64,000 nucleotides of DNA from an uncultured delta proteobacterium (GTDB lineage: Bacteria > Myxococcota_A > Polyangia > Fen-1088). The stretch is taken from contig CAVYGB010000006.1 of NCBI GenBank assembly GCA_963767925.1, positions 96,001 through 160,000 of the forward strand. Direction: 5' to 3'. Each line of letters begins with the position of its first letter. Within the stretch, counting starts at the first letter, position 1. The notes beneath the pieces were generated by a model, which worked only from the letters and a program-made list of their open reading frames with translations, was not told the origin of the DNA and did not search any database. Positions 1-9,414 of this stretch are shown here, one piece after another. A program made the position numbers and the translations under genes.

Positions 1-1140
1 GAGGTGGCGCTCGAAGAAGGCGATGAGGCGGCGGCGCAGGTCGGCCAGCTCGTCGGGGCGGCGGGCGGACATGATGATGGCGTCGGGCCAGCGCTGGGCC
101 AGGCGGACGCTGGCCGCGGCCTCCTCCTCGCCGAGGCGGTCGATCTTGCTGAACACGAGCTGGCGGGGGACGTCGCCGGCCCCGATCTCGGTGAGGACCT
201 CGGTTGTGACGGCGAGCTGCTGCTCGAAGGCGGGGTCGGAGGCGTCCACGACCTGCAGCAGCAGCGAGGCCTCCAGGGCCTCGTCGAGCGTGCTCTTGAA
301 GGAGGCCACCAGGCCGTGGGGCAGCTTCTTTATGAAGCCGACCGTGTCGGAGATCAGGATGCGCGGCTTGGTCTCGGGGTGCAGGGCCCGCACCGTCGTG
401 TCGAGGGTGGCGAACAGCTTGTCCGCCACCAGCACGTCGCTGCCGGTGAGGGCCCGCATCAGGGTCGACTTGCCCGCGTTCGTGTAGCCCACCAGGGCCA
501 CCCGGGACAGCGCCTGCCGCCGGGACCGCCGCGTCTCCTGCTCCTGCTCGAGGGCGGCCAGCTCCCGGGTCAGCTCCGCCACCCGGTCGCGGATCTTCCG
601 GCGATCCAGCTCCATCCCCGACTCGCCCGCCCCCTTGCCGCCGATGCCGCCCCGCTGGCGGTCCCCCCCCTTGCCGGCCTCCCGGAGGCGGGGGGCCAGG
701 TACTCGAGCCGCACGATCTCGACCTGGGCCTTGGCCGCGCGCGAGCGGGCGTGGCGGTGGAAGATCTCCAGGATCACCGCGGTGCGGTCCAGCACCTGGG
801 CCCCGGTGGCCTTCTCCAGGTTGCGGGCCTGCGACGGGCTCACCTCGTGGTCGAGCAGCACCAGGCCGGCCTTGTGCACCGCGATCGCCGCCTTCAGCTC
901 GGACACCTTGCCGCTGCCGACGTAGGTCGCCACGTGGAACCCGTCCCGGTTCTGGGTGACGGTGTCCATCACCTGCAGCCCCAGGGTCTGGGCCAGCCGG
1001 ACCAGCTCCGCCACCGACTGCTGGAACTCGACCTCGTCGACGTCGGGCGTGCGCACGGCGGCGAGCACGGCGCGCTGCGGGTCATGGTCGGGGTCGACGT
1101 CGCTGTCGGGGTGGGTAGGGTCGAAGGGGTCGCGATCCAT
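1..1140 (-). CDS. hflX: GTPase HflX, 3' end runs off the window
   Basis: Manual translation from ATG at 1140: VLDRTAVILEIF..AKAQVE, G1 GYTNAGKST, DKLFATLDTT, G3 DTVGFI; G4 reads SKID. Absent from the ORF track because there is no stop in the window. Confidence 0.95.
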   Translation of the reverse strand, partial: MDRDPFDPTHPDSDVDPDHDPQRAVLAAVRTPDVDEVEFQQSVAELVRLAQTLGLQVMDTVTQNRDGFHVATYVGSGKVSELKAAIAVHKAGLVLLDHEVSPSQARNLEKATGAQVLDRTAVILEIFHRHARSRAAKAQVEIVRLEYLAPRLREAGKGGDRQRGGIGGKGAGESGMELDRRKIRDRVAELTRELAALEQEQETRRSRRQALSRVALVGYTNAGKSTLMRALTGSDVLVADKLFATLDTTVRALHPETKPRILISDTVGFIKKLPHGLVASFKSTLDEALEASLLLQVVDASDPAFEQQLAVTTEVLTEIGAGDVPRQLVFSKIDRLGEEEAAASVRLAQRWPDAIIMSARRPDELADLRRRLIAFFERHL

Positions 1141-1226
1141 TGGCTGGGGGCATTATAGGGGTCGGGAATGGCGCGCGCCCGGCCGCGGTTGGGAATGGCC
1201 GGCGCCCGGCCGCCGTTGATCCTGCG

Positions 1227-1925
1227 ATGAGCTCCCTCCCGCCGACGCCCACGCCCACGCCCACGCCGTCGTCATCCCCGCCCCCTTCGGCCTCCCCCGC
1301 CCCCCCGCCGGGCCCGCCCGCCGGGCCGCCCCCGCGCCGGGGATGGCTGCGCGAGTCGGCCACCGTGTTCGTCTTCATGGGCGTCGTCATGAGCACCCGG
1401 TCGTCGCTGGCCGACCACTACCAGGTGCCGACCGGGTCGATGATCCCGACAATCCAGATCGGGGATCGGGTGCTGGTCAACAAGATGGCCTACGGGGTGC
1501 GTATCCCCTTCACCGACCTGCAACTGTTCGGGCTGGGCGGTCCCCAGCGCGGCGACGTGGCGATCCTCCGCTCGCCCGAAAACGGAGACACGCTGATCAA
1601 GCGGGTGGTGGCCGTCCCCGGCGACGAGGTGATCGTCCGCGGCGGCCGCCTGTGGATCAACCGCGAGCCCGCCCCGGTCGCCCAGCACGGGCCCGAGATC
1701 ACCGAGGTCCTCGGCGGCCGGCCCCACCGCCTCAACCTGGAGGGCCAGGGGGGGCCCGACTTCGGGCCCGTCCACCTGTCCGACGACGACTACCTCGTCA
1801 TGGGCGACAACCGGGGCAACAGCCACGACGGCCGCGCCTTCGGCCTGGTCGGCCGCGAAGCCTTCCAGGGCCGGGCCCTCGGCGTGTTCTGGCGCGCCGG
1901 CCACCCCTCCTGGAACCGGCTCTGA
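1227..1925 (+). CDS. lepB: Signal peptidase I
   Basis: TGSMIPT (catalytic Ser), IKRVVAVPGD (catalytic Lys), VMGDNRGNSHDGR; one N-terminal TM after a Pro-rich stretch. Confidence 0.93.
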   Translation: MSSLPPTPTPTPTPSSSPPPSASPAPPPGPPAGPPPRRGWLRESATVFVFMGVVMSTRSSLADHYQVPTGSMIPTIQIGDRVLVNKMAYGVRIPFTDLQLFGLGGPQRGDVAILRSPENGDTLIKRVVAVPGDEVIVRGGRLWINREPAPVAQHGPEITEVLGGRPHRLNLEGQGGPDFGPVHLSDDDYLVMGDNRGNSHDGRAFGLVGREAFQGRALGVFWRAGHPSWNRL

Positions 1926-1929
1926 TCGG

Positions 1930-2880
1930 TCAGCGGTCGAGCACGCCGGCGCGGTAGTCGGCGAAGGCCTGCTGGATCTCGGCCTCGGTGTTCATCACGA
2001 AGGGGCCCCGCTGCACGATCGGCTCGCGCAGGGGGCGCCCGGCGGCGATCAGCAGGCCGCTGCGCCGGCTGGTGGCCCGCAGGCGCAGGCGGTCGCCCGC
2101 GTCCAGCAGCGCGAGCTGCTGCGCCCCCACCGCGGTGGCGCCCGCTTCCGGACCGATCGCCACCTCGCCGTGGGCCACGAAGGCGAAGGCGGTGTGGCCC
2201 GCGGGCAGCTCCAGCTCGAACGGCTGATCGTCCTCGAGGGTCAGGGTGAGCAGCAGCGGCTGCGTCGGGCGGCCCTGCACCGGGCCGGCGGCGCCGTTGG
2301 CCTGCCCCGCCACCACCCGCAGGAGGCTGCCGGAGCGGCCCAGCCGCTCCTCCCGGATGCGCTCGGGCGGCAGGTCCTGGTAGGCCTGGCGGGACATCTT
2401 CTCCCGGGCCGGCAGGTTGACCCAGAGCTGGTAGCCGGACATCAGGCCCGCCGTCTGCTCGGGCATCTCCGAGTGCACGATGCCCCGCCCGGCGGTCATC
2501 CACTGCACCCCTCCGCCCTGGATGAGCCCCGCGTTGCCCCGGCTGTCCCGGTGGCGCATCCGCCCGTGCAGCATCACCGTCACCGTCTCGAAGCCACGGT
2601 GCGGGTGATCGGGGAAGCCCGCGATGTACGCCCCCGGGTCGTCGGAGTGGAAGCGGTCGAGCATCAGGAAGGGGTCGAGGTGGCGCAGCGTTGGTTGCCC
2701 GATGATCCGGGTGAGGCGCACGCCCGCCCCGTCGCTGGTGGGCAGCCCGGCCAGCACGCCGGCCACGCGCCGCTGCGTCCGCCTCGGCGCCGGCCCCGCG
2801 GCCAGCGGGCGGGCGGCCAGTGCCGCCGTCAGACCGGTGGCCGATTGCGTGAGGAAGCTGCGGCGGGTGGTCCGGCTCAT
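1930..2880 (-). CDS. Pirin family (bicupin) protein with Tat-like N-terminus
   Basis: DPFLMLD, GFPDHPHRGFETVT, QWMTAGRGIVHSEMP, GPFVMNT; N-terminus TRRSFL. Confidence 0.92.
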   Translation of the reverse strand: MSRTTRRSFLTQSATGLTAALAARPLAAGPAPRRTQRRVAGVLAGLPTSDGAGVRLTRIIGQPTLRHLDPFLMLDRFHSDDPGAYIAGFPDHPHRGFETVTVMLHGRMRHRDSRGNAGLIQGGGVQWMTAGRGIVHSEMPEQTAGLMSGYQLWVNLPAREKMSRQAYQDLPPERIREERLGRSGSLLRVVAGQANGAAGPVQGRPTQPLLLTLTLEDDQPFELELPAGHTAFAFVAHGEVAIGPEAGATAVGAQQLALLDAGDRLRLRATSRRSGLLIAAGRPLREPIVQRGPFVMNTEAEIQQAFADYRAGVLDR

Positions 2881-3030
2881 GGCGCTCGCCCTCCCGGGAG
2901 TATGTCGCGAAAACCGCCCCGGCGGGGGGACACCCCCTCGCAGGCCCGGCCAGGGGCGGCACCCTGCATACCGCACAGCGTGACCGCAAGAACGTCGATG
3001 TGGGAGGCAGGTTCAGCCATACTTGCGCGC

Positions 3031-3630
3031 ATGCCGAATCTTCGCGCTCTGGGCCGCCGACTGTCGTGTCTGGTGGCGGGGATGTTCGATGGCTCTCCTC
3101 TCCCCGGCATGCTCGAGGAGTCGGGCTTCGAGGTGGTCCACAGCACGGCTGCGCAGGACACCCTCCGGGCCCTCGACGCCGACCTCTGGCAGGTGGTGTT
3201 CCTGTCCGACTCGCTCGGCGGGCCCGTCGTGCAGACGGTGATCGAGCGATCGGCCACCAGCCACCCGCCCACGCCGGTGGTGGTTGTCGGCACCTCGAAC
3301 GGACCGGAGGTGAGCGACCAGGCCATGCGCTGGGGCGCCGCCGACTTCGTCGCGCCACCCTTCGACCGGGAGTTCCTGGACGCCCGGCTGCGGCGGCTGA
3401 ACCTCGACGCGCCCGCCCCCCTGGCGCCGGACCTCCTGACCATCCCCGCCACCGCGACGCTCTCGGACGTCGAGCGCATCCTCATCTCGGAGCACCTCCG
3501 CCGCGCCCGCACGAAGGCCGATGCCGCGAAGTCGCTCGGGATGGGCCTGCGGACGCTCTACACGAAGATCGACAAGTACCAGCTCGCCGACGTGTCGCGT
3601 CGCAACAGATCCCGGTCCGGCCGGGGTTAG
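3031..3630 (+). CDS. Degenerate receiver domain + Fis-type HTH regulator
   Basis: AMRWGAADFVAPPF (REC end); TLSDVERILI..KADAAKSLGMGLRTLYTKIDKY (HTH_8); no AAA+ domain; start uncertain. Confidence 0.75.
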   Translation: MPNLRALGRRLSCLVAGMFDGSPLPGMLEESGFEVVHSTAAQDTLRALDADLWQVVFLSDSLGGPVVQTVIERSATSHPPTPVVVVGTSNGPEVSDQAMRWGAADFVAPPFDREFLDARLRRLNLDAPAPLAPDLLTIPATATLSDVERILISEHLRRARTKADAAKSLGMGLRTLYTKIDKYQLADVSRRNRSRSGRG

Positions 3631-4027
3631 CCCCCCTGCCCGCCCGCGGCACCAGCGGCCAAATCCCCAGCGAGACCCGGCACCTGCGCCGATGGTTCCC
3701 CTGTGCCCGAATCGGCTCCGAAACGGAGCCTTGTCGTTGCGCGAGAAACTTCGCGTCAGGGGGCCTCAATCGACGTGAATCCTTGATGAAAACCGGGAGT
3801 ACACGGTCTCTTATGTGGTCGTGGGTGCCCGGCTCGGGACACTAAGCAACGGGAGGGGCGGGCTCCGGTTTCACCGTGGCGACACGCTCCTCCCGAGCAG
3901 GCCCTGCGTCGAGCAGGCCTTCGTAGAGCAAGCAGTCCGTAGAAATTGATCGCCGAGACCGAGCTCTCGGGGGCCGACAGCGGCCACCGGGATTCATCGG
4001 GCACCCCGAGCAAGCGGAGATGACAAC

Positions 4028-5530
4028 ATGGACGGAAGACTTCGACCCTCAGGGCGTGTGGCGGCACTTGCGTTCGGTCTCATGGCCGTCGCGTCGTGCA
4101 GCGACCCCTTCGGGTTCGAGCCGACCCCGGTCGCCCCGGAGGGCGAGGAGGTCTGCCCGTCCAGCGACGAGTGGCTGCCCAGCACGCCGCCCGTCGACAT
4201 GTTCAAGCCGCTGCCCCACCCCTCCACCGAGTGCCCGTTCTACCGGGGCACCTGGCAGCAGTTCCTGATCGCCGCCCAGCCCGACGAATTGGGGCGGCCG
4301 GCCTTCCTCCAGTACCCCAACGTCGAAACCCTGTTTCAGCCGGCGCGCCCGCGCGGCCCGACCCGCTCCCTGCTCGGCGGCGTCAAGCAGGCCGGCGGGC
4401 GGCAGCTCCTGCTCGACCAGAACGGCCGCACGCTGTTTTACGGGATCCACACCAACCAGGCGTTCGCCGACTTCGTCAATCGCAACAACCTGCGCACGCG
4501 CGAGGGCATCGAGAGCGCCGACCCCAACCTGTTCTTCCCGGCCGGCGTGGTCACGTTCAAGTCGGCCTGGCAGGAGGTGGCCCCCAACGATCCGGCCAAC
4601 GCCACTTACATCACCGTGCGCACCACCGTGCCGCGCCTGCGCCAGCTCCCCACCGGCGAGATCGAGGAGGACCGGAACAGCCCGCGCGAGAGCACGGTCC
4701 GGCTGCTGGCCCTGCACGTGGTCTACACCCTCCCCGGCCACCCCGAGTTCATCTGGGGCACCTTCGAGCACACCAACGGCGCGCCCGACACGAGGATCGA
4801 AGACGGCCGGCGCAACGTGGCCCCGAGCGTCGCCTTCAACCCGGAGGCGACGGGCGGCGCCCGGGACGCGACGGTGATCTGCGCGGACGGGGCCCACCTG
4901 CTCTGCCGGCCGGGCACCACCGCCGGCGAGGCCAACCGCCCCATCGCCGACGCCATGCTTCGCTTCGACGAGCGGACCCAGTCGTTCCCCGGGCAGCAGA
5001 CCTCCGTGTACCGGATGTTCCCGGCCTCCAAGTCCCACACCATCGAGGCGGACGCCGCCTTGACCTCGCTGAACCACAACGTCGAGCAGCTCTTCGTCCA
5101 GGCCACGGCGGCCGGGCGGCTCTCGCCCTTCGACAAGCGGGGCTATTACCGGCAGGTGGGCTCGCAGTGGATGGACAAGCCCGCCTACTTCACCCTCAAC
5201 TCGCCCATCCAGAACGACGCCAGCAGCCCCTTCGCCCGTCAGCCCGGCTTCGCCGAGTCCATCCGCGAGCGGGGCGCCGACAGCGACTTCTCGATCCTGG
5301 CCGGTGAGGACCGCCTGTCGAGCACCGCCATGGAGTCGTTCACCCAGGCCGCCGACTCCTTCCCCAACTGCTTTTCTTGCCACAACACCCAGGCCATCAC
5401 GGCCCGGGGGGTCCCGCAGAACCGAGATTCGGGCGGCCAGATGCTCATGGCGCCCAAGCTGATCAACGTCAGCCACGTGTTTTCGGAGTTCTTGCTCTGG
5501 GAGCGCCTGGCCGCGAGCCAGGGCCAGTGA
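4028..5530 (+). CDS. Lipoprotein with C-terminal c-type heme motif
   Basis: Lipobox AVASC; CFSCH near C-terminus; GGAG upstream. Confidence 0.8.
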   Translation: MDGRLRPSGRVAALAFGLMAVASCSDPFGFEPTPVAPEGEEVCPSSDEWLPSTPPVDMFKPLPHPSTECPFYRGTWQQFLIAAQPDELGRPAFLQYPNVETLFQPARPRGPTRSLLGGVKQAGGRQLLLDQNGRTLFYGIHTNQAFADFVNRNNLRTREGIESADPNLFFPAGVVTFKSAWQEVAPNDPANATYITVRTTVPRLRQLPTGEIEEDRNSPRESTVRLLALHVVYTLPGHPEFIWGTFEHTNGAPDTRIEDGRRNVAPSVAFNPEATGGARDATVICADGAHLLCRPGTTAGEANRPIADAMLRFDERTQSFPGQQTSVYRMFPASKSHTIEADAALTSLNHNVEQLFVQATAAGRLSPFDKRGYYRQVGSQWMDKPAYFTLNSPIQNDASSPFARQPGFAESIRERGADSDFSILAGEDRLSSTAMESFTQAADSFPNCFSCHNTQAITARGVPQNRDSGGQMLMAPKLINVSHVFSEFLLWERLAASQGQ

Positions 5531-5573
5531 GCCGACCGCGTCACCACCGTCGAGATCGAGGAGGACGATAATC

Positions 5574-6824
5574 ATGTTTCAAAGGCACCCCTGGGGGCGA
5601 ACGTTGCGAGCCGGCGCTGCGCTGGCGGCGGTGATGGTTTTGACTGCGCCCGGATCGAGCGCGGCAGCTCGGGAGAACAAGGCCTGCATGACGGCCTACA
5701 AGCGGGGCACCCAGCTCACCAAGGACGCCAAGTTCCACCTCGCCAAGGAGGCGATGACCGCCTGCACGAAGCTCACCTGCAGCGCGGCCCTCCGCAAGGA
5801 GTGCATGTCGAAGGTGGATCAGCTCAACCTGGACGCGCCGACCCTGGTGCCGGAGGTGACCGACGATCGCGGCCGCCCGGTGACCGACGTGCGCATCATG
5901 ATGGACGGCAAGCCCTGGGTCACCAAGGTCGACGGGCGGGCCATGCCCGTGGATCCGGGCCTGCACGTGTTCACCTTCGAATCGCGGGGGGTCGTGTTCG
6001 CCAAGGAGCGGATGGTCATCCTGCAGGGCCAGCGCAACCGGCCGATCTCGGCCTCCCTGGTCTGGGAGCGCAGCGGCCGCGAGCGCGACGCGGTGGACGA
6101 GCTGGGACCGCCGCCCGCCCCGCCCATGCGGCAGATCGCCCAGGAGCCGCCGCGCCGGCAGGCCCCGCCGCCCCCGCCCCCGGTGGTGCAGGCGCCCCCC
6201 CCGGCCCCGCCGCCCGCTCCGGTCGTCGTGCAGGCGCCACCCCCGCCTGCCCCGGTCGTCGTGCAGGCGCCGCTGGCCAAGGCGCCGCCGCCGCCCGCCC
6301 CGCTGGTGCAGCAGCCAGCGCTGGCCATGGCTGCGCAGGCCCAGGTGCCCCTCCCCGTCCCGATGGCGGCGATGCCGATGGCGGCCATGCCCATGGCGGT
6401 CCAGGTCCCGCTCGCCGCCGTCCCCGCCGCCGTGCCCATGGTGGCGACGCAGCCGGCGGCCCTGCCCGAGGAAGACTTCCGGGTGGCGCCCTACCTGACC
6501 GGGGCCCTCGGGCTGGTCGGCCTGGGCGGCACGGCCGCCCTGACCTACTGGGGCCGGCGCGACAACGCCCTGCTGAGCGACTGCGCACCGATGTGCTCGC
6601 AGTCGAGCGTCAACCACATCAAGAACCTCTACCTGGCGGCCAACATCTCCGCCGGCATCGGGGCCGCGGCCCTGGCCACCTGGGCCTACCTGGTGTTCAT
6701 CGCGCCGCCCTCCAAGGAGAAGGCCGCCGCCGCCCCCGCCCCGGCGGCGCCGGCACCCGCGGTGGGCTTCGGCCTGCAGCCCTTGCCCTCCGGAGCGTTC
6801 GCCGCGTTCTCCGGCTCCTTCTGA
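5574..6824 (+). CDS. Secreted Pro/Ala-rich protein with PEGA-like domain and C-terminal hydrophobic segments
   Basis: Signal peptide, VDPGLHVFTFE PEGA-like segment, Pro-rich linker; RBS GAGGAGG. Confidence 0.7.
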   Translation: MFQRHPWGRTLRAGAALAAVMVLTAPGSSAAARENKACMTAYKRGTQLTKDAKFHLAKEAMTACTKLTCSAALRKECMSKVDQLNLDAPTLVPEVTDDRGRPVTDVRIMMDGKPWVTKVDGRAMPVDPGLHVFTFESRGVVFAKERMVILQGQRNRPISASLVWERSGRERDAVDELGPPPAPPMRQIAQEPPRRQAPPPPPPVVQAPPPAPPPAPVVVQAPPPPAPVVVQAPLAKAPPPPAPLVQQPALAMAAQAQVPLPVPMAAMPMAAMPMAVQVPLAAVPAAVPMVATQPAALPEEDFRVAPYLTGALGLVGLGGTAALTYWGRRDNALLSDCAPMCSQSSVNHIKNLYLAANISAGIGAAALATWAYLVFIAPPSKEKAAAAPAPAAPAPAVGFGLQPLPSGAFAAFSGSF

Positions 6825-6865
6825 GCGAGTCTTCCGAGAGTCCAACCAAGCACGAGGAAAACCCC

Positions 6866-8053
6866 ATGTTCCACCGACTTCCTCTCGCTGTCCGCCTGGG
6901 TGGTGCGCTGCTGGCGCTCGGCTGCTACCAGGAGCTCAACCCGAACGCCGCCCAGAGCCCGACCGCCCCGACCCCGGGGCTCACCACCAACACGCGGACA
7001 CCGCCCATCGAGGTCGACTTCACCGGTCGGACCACCAACGACTCCTGCCAGGTCACGGTCGAGCAGGCCACGAAGATCCTCGAGGACAACTGCGCTGGCT
7101 GCCACAGCGGCCGGGACCTGAACGCCCGCCAGGGGCAGTTCGACTTCCTCTTCGACTTCGAGCGGCTCAAGGCGGCCCCGTCCTCGGTGGCGGATCTCCG
7201 CGACGCTGCCAAGAAGATGCGCTTCGCCGCCCCCGGTGATCCCGACAACTCCCGGGTCTACGGCCGGATCTCGCGGGGTGAGATGCCTCCCCCCGACGTG
7301 ATCGGGCTGGGGCCCCGGCCCCGCCCCACGGTCAGCGACATCTCGCTGCTGCGCCAGTGGATCACGGCCTGCATGGGCGGGCCCGCGCCACCCTCGCTGG
7401 GCGGGGCGATGCCGCCCCCGCTTCCGGGGCCGCCGCCGCCGCCGGGGATGGCGCCGGCTCCGCCCGCCCCCACCCCGCCGGCGATCGACCCGCCACCGGC
7501 GCCCCCCCCGGTGGTGGCCCCGCCCGCGGCCCCACCGGCGCCCCCCCCGGGCGGGGCGGGCGAGCTGACCCTCGACAGCCCCGCGCTCGAGGGCGGGATC
7601 ATGCCGATCGAGAGCAGCACCCCCCGCAACGAGTCGCCGGCCCTGAGCTGGCGCGGAGGCCCGTCCGGCGCGCGCAGCTACGCCGTGGCCCTGACCGGCG
7701 TGCAGAGCGAGATCGTGCTCTGGGTGATCTGGGATATCCCGGCCGGCACGACCGCCCTGCCCGCCAACATCGAGGAGAACGCCCGCCCGAGCAACCCGAT
7801 GGGCAGCCGGCAGCTCAACTACCAGGGTAACGAGGCGTACGTCGGCCCCTCGGCCAACGCCAACGCCGCGGCCCGCATGTACCGCTTCGACGTGTGGGCC
7901 CTCGACGTCGACACCCTCGACATCGGCGGGATCGGGGGCGGGGGCGGCAACGCCAACCAGGCCCGCACCGCCGCCATCGTGGAGGCGATCAAGGGAGCCG
8001 CCCTCCCCGACGGCACCGACACCGTCGTCGTGCGCGGCAACCGCGGCAACTGA
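6866..8053 (+). CDS. Lipoprotein: monoheme cytochrome c-like domain fused to YbhB/YbcL (PEBP)-like domain
   Basis: Lipobox LALGC; CAGCH..PGDPDNS..GEMPP..LRQWI; C-terminal SPALSW..WVIWDIPA..YVGP..YRFDVWALD. Confidence 0.78.
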   Translation: MFHRLPLAVRLGGALLALGCYQELNPNAAQSPTAPTPGLTTNTRTPPIEVDFTGRTTNDSCQVTVEQATKILEDNCAGCHSGRDLNARQGQFDFLFDFERLKAAPSSVADLRDAAKKMRFAAPGDPDNSRVYGRISRGEMPPPDVIGLGPRPRPTVSDISLLRQWITACMGGPAPPSLGGAMPPPLPGPPPPPGMAPAPPAPTPPAIDPPPAPPPVVAPPAAPPAPPPGGAGELTLDSPALEGGIMPIESSTPRNESPALSWRGGPSGARSYAVALTGVQSEIVLWVIWDIPAGTTALPANIEENARPSNPMGSRQLNYQGNEAYVGPSANANAAARMYRFDVWALDVDTLDIGGIGGGGGNANQARTAAIVEAIKGAALPDGTDTVVVRGNRGN

Positions 8054-8058
8054 TCCGG

Positions 8059-8087
8059 CGCGGGACCCTCCCGGCGGGGGTCCCGCG
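8059..8087. terminator. GC hairpin between convergent genes
   Basis: cgcgggaccc-N9-gggtcccgcg between stops at 8053 and 8090; no U-tract. Confidence 0.5.
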
Positions 8088-8089
8088 GC

Positions 8090-9412
8090 TCAGGCCACCA
8101 GCCCGGGCAGGGGGGCCTTGCACCAGGTCGGCTCGCCGACGGTCGGGACGGTGAGGCCGAAGGCGCGGGACAGGGCGAGGTAGACGTCGTTGTGATTGGC
8201 CCCGGCGCAGTCGATGAGGCTGCCCGGGCGGAGGGCGCCGCCGCAGCGGCCGGCCAGGACCATGGGGGCGTTGTAGCGGGGGTGGTCTTCCCGGGCGAAG
8301 TTAACCTGGTTGGTGTTGCCATTCTGGGTGCCGAACACCACCACCGTGCTGTCGAGCAGGCTGCCGTTCCCCTCGCCCATCGCCCGCAGCTTCTCGACCA
8401 GGTAGACCACCTCGCCGGCCAGATAGGCCTGCATGCGGGTGATCTGCTGGCCGGGCAGGCCGGTGGGGTCACCGTGGGAGACGCCGTGCCAGTCCTTCAT
8501 GCCGATGAAGTCGACCGGCTCGGCGCTCTCGCCGCCACCCCACATCATGGAGATCACGCGGGTGAGGTTGCAGCCCAGAGCCAGGGCCATGACGTCCGAG
8601 AAGAGGCGGCTCACCTTCGGCATGTCGTTGACCCGGGCCACGAAGCTGGCCCCACCGGCGGGGGGCAACATCTTGCCGCAGGCGGGAGCGGCGGCCAGGT
8701 CGGCCGAGAAGTTGCCGAGCCCCTTCTCGAGATCGCGCACCGACTCGAGGTAGAGGTCGAGCTTGGGACGCTCGCCGCCGCCCAGCCGGGGGCGGAAGGT
8801 GGCGGCGTCGGCGCGCAGCGAATCGAGCAGGCTCTTGCGGGCCCGCAGGGCCCCGTCGGCCGAGACGACGTCCTTGGCCTGGGCGCCGGTGCTGACCCGG
8901 CTGGCCAGCCGCTGGTAGGCGGCCACCGGGTTGCGCTCGCCGGGCAGGAAGACGCCGTTGACCTGGGACAGCGAGGGGGCCACGCCGCCGCCGCCGCTGG
9001 TGAAGCCGATGGCCAGCTCCAGCGAGGGGACGGGCGTGGTGTGCTTGACCGACTCGGCCAGCACCTGGTCGAAGCTGGTGGTGCCGCCCGCCCCCAGGAC
9101 CGAATAGGTGGCGGCCTTGTGCGGGTTGCCCTTGCCGCGCTGGAGGGTGAGATCACGCAGGATGGTGATGTCCTTGCGGATGCTCTCGAAGGGGGCCAGG
9201 TGGGGGGTGAACGTGTAGCTGCTGCCCGCGCCCTGGGGCGTCCAGGCGTAGTTCGATCCGTTGGCGTAAAACAGGAAGACCGCCCGGGGGCGAGGCGGCG
9301 CCTCGGCGGCGCGCACCGTGCGCAGCAGGCCGGACAGCAGCACCGTGCCCGACCCGAGGCCGGCGAGCACCGAGCGGCGGGAGACGCGGTAAGGACGGGT
9401 CGTGCTTGCCAT
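8090..9412 (-). CDS. DUF1552-family protein (copy 1)
   Basis: SRRSVLAGLG Tat-like start, FLFYANG, SFDQVLA, ALGCNLTRVISMMW, WHGVSH, LLDSTVVVF. Confidence 0.87.
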   Translation of the reverse strand: MASTTRPYRVSRRSVLAGLGSGTVLLSGLLRTVRAAEAPPRPRAVFLFYANGSNYAWTPQGAGSSYTFTPHLAPFESIRKDITILRDLTLQRGKGNPHKAATYSVLGAGGTTSFDQVLAESVKHTTPVPSLELAIGFTSGGGGVAPSLSQVNGVFLPGERNPVAAYQRLASRVSTGAQAKDVVSADGALRARKSLLDSLRADAATFRPRLGGGERPKLDLYLESVRDLEKGLGNFSADLAAAPACGKMLPPAGGASFVARVNDMPKVSRLFSDVMALALGCNLTRVISMMWGGGESAEPVDFIGMKDWHGVSHGDPTGLPGQQITRMQAYLAGEVVYLVEKLRAMGEGNGSLLDSTVVVFGTQNGNTNQVNFAREDHPRYNAPMVLAGRCGGALRPGSLIDCAGANHNDVYLALSRAFGLTVPTVGEPTWCKAPLPGLVA

Positions 9413-9414
9413 GA

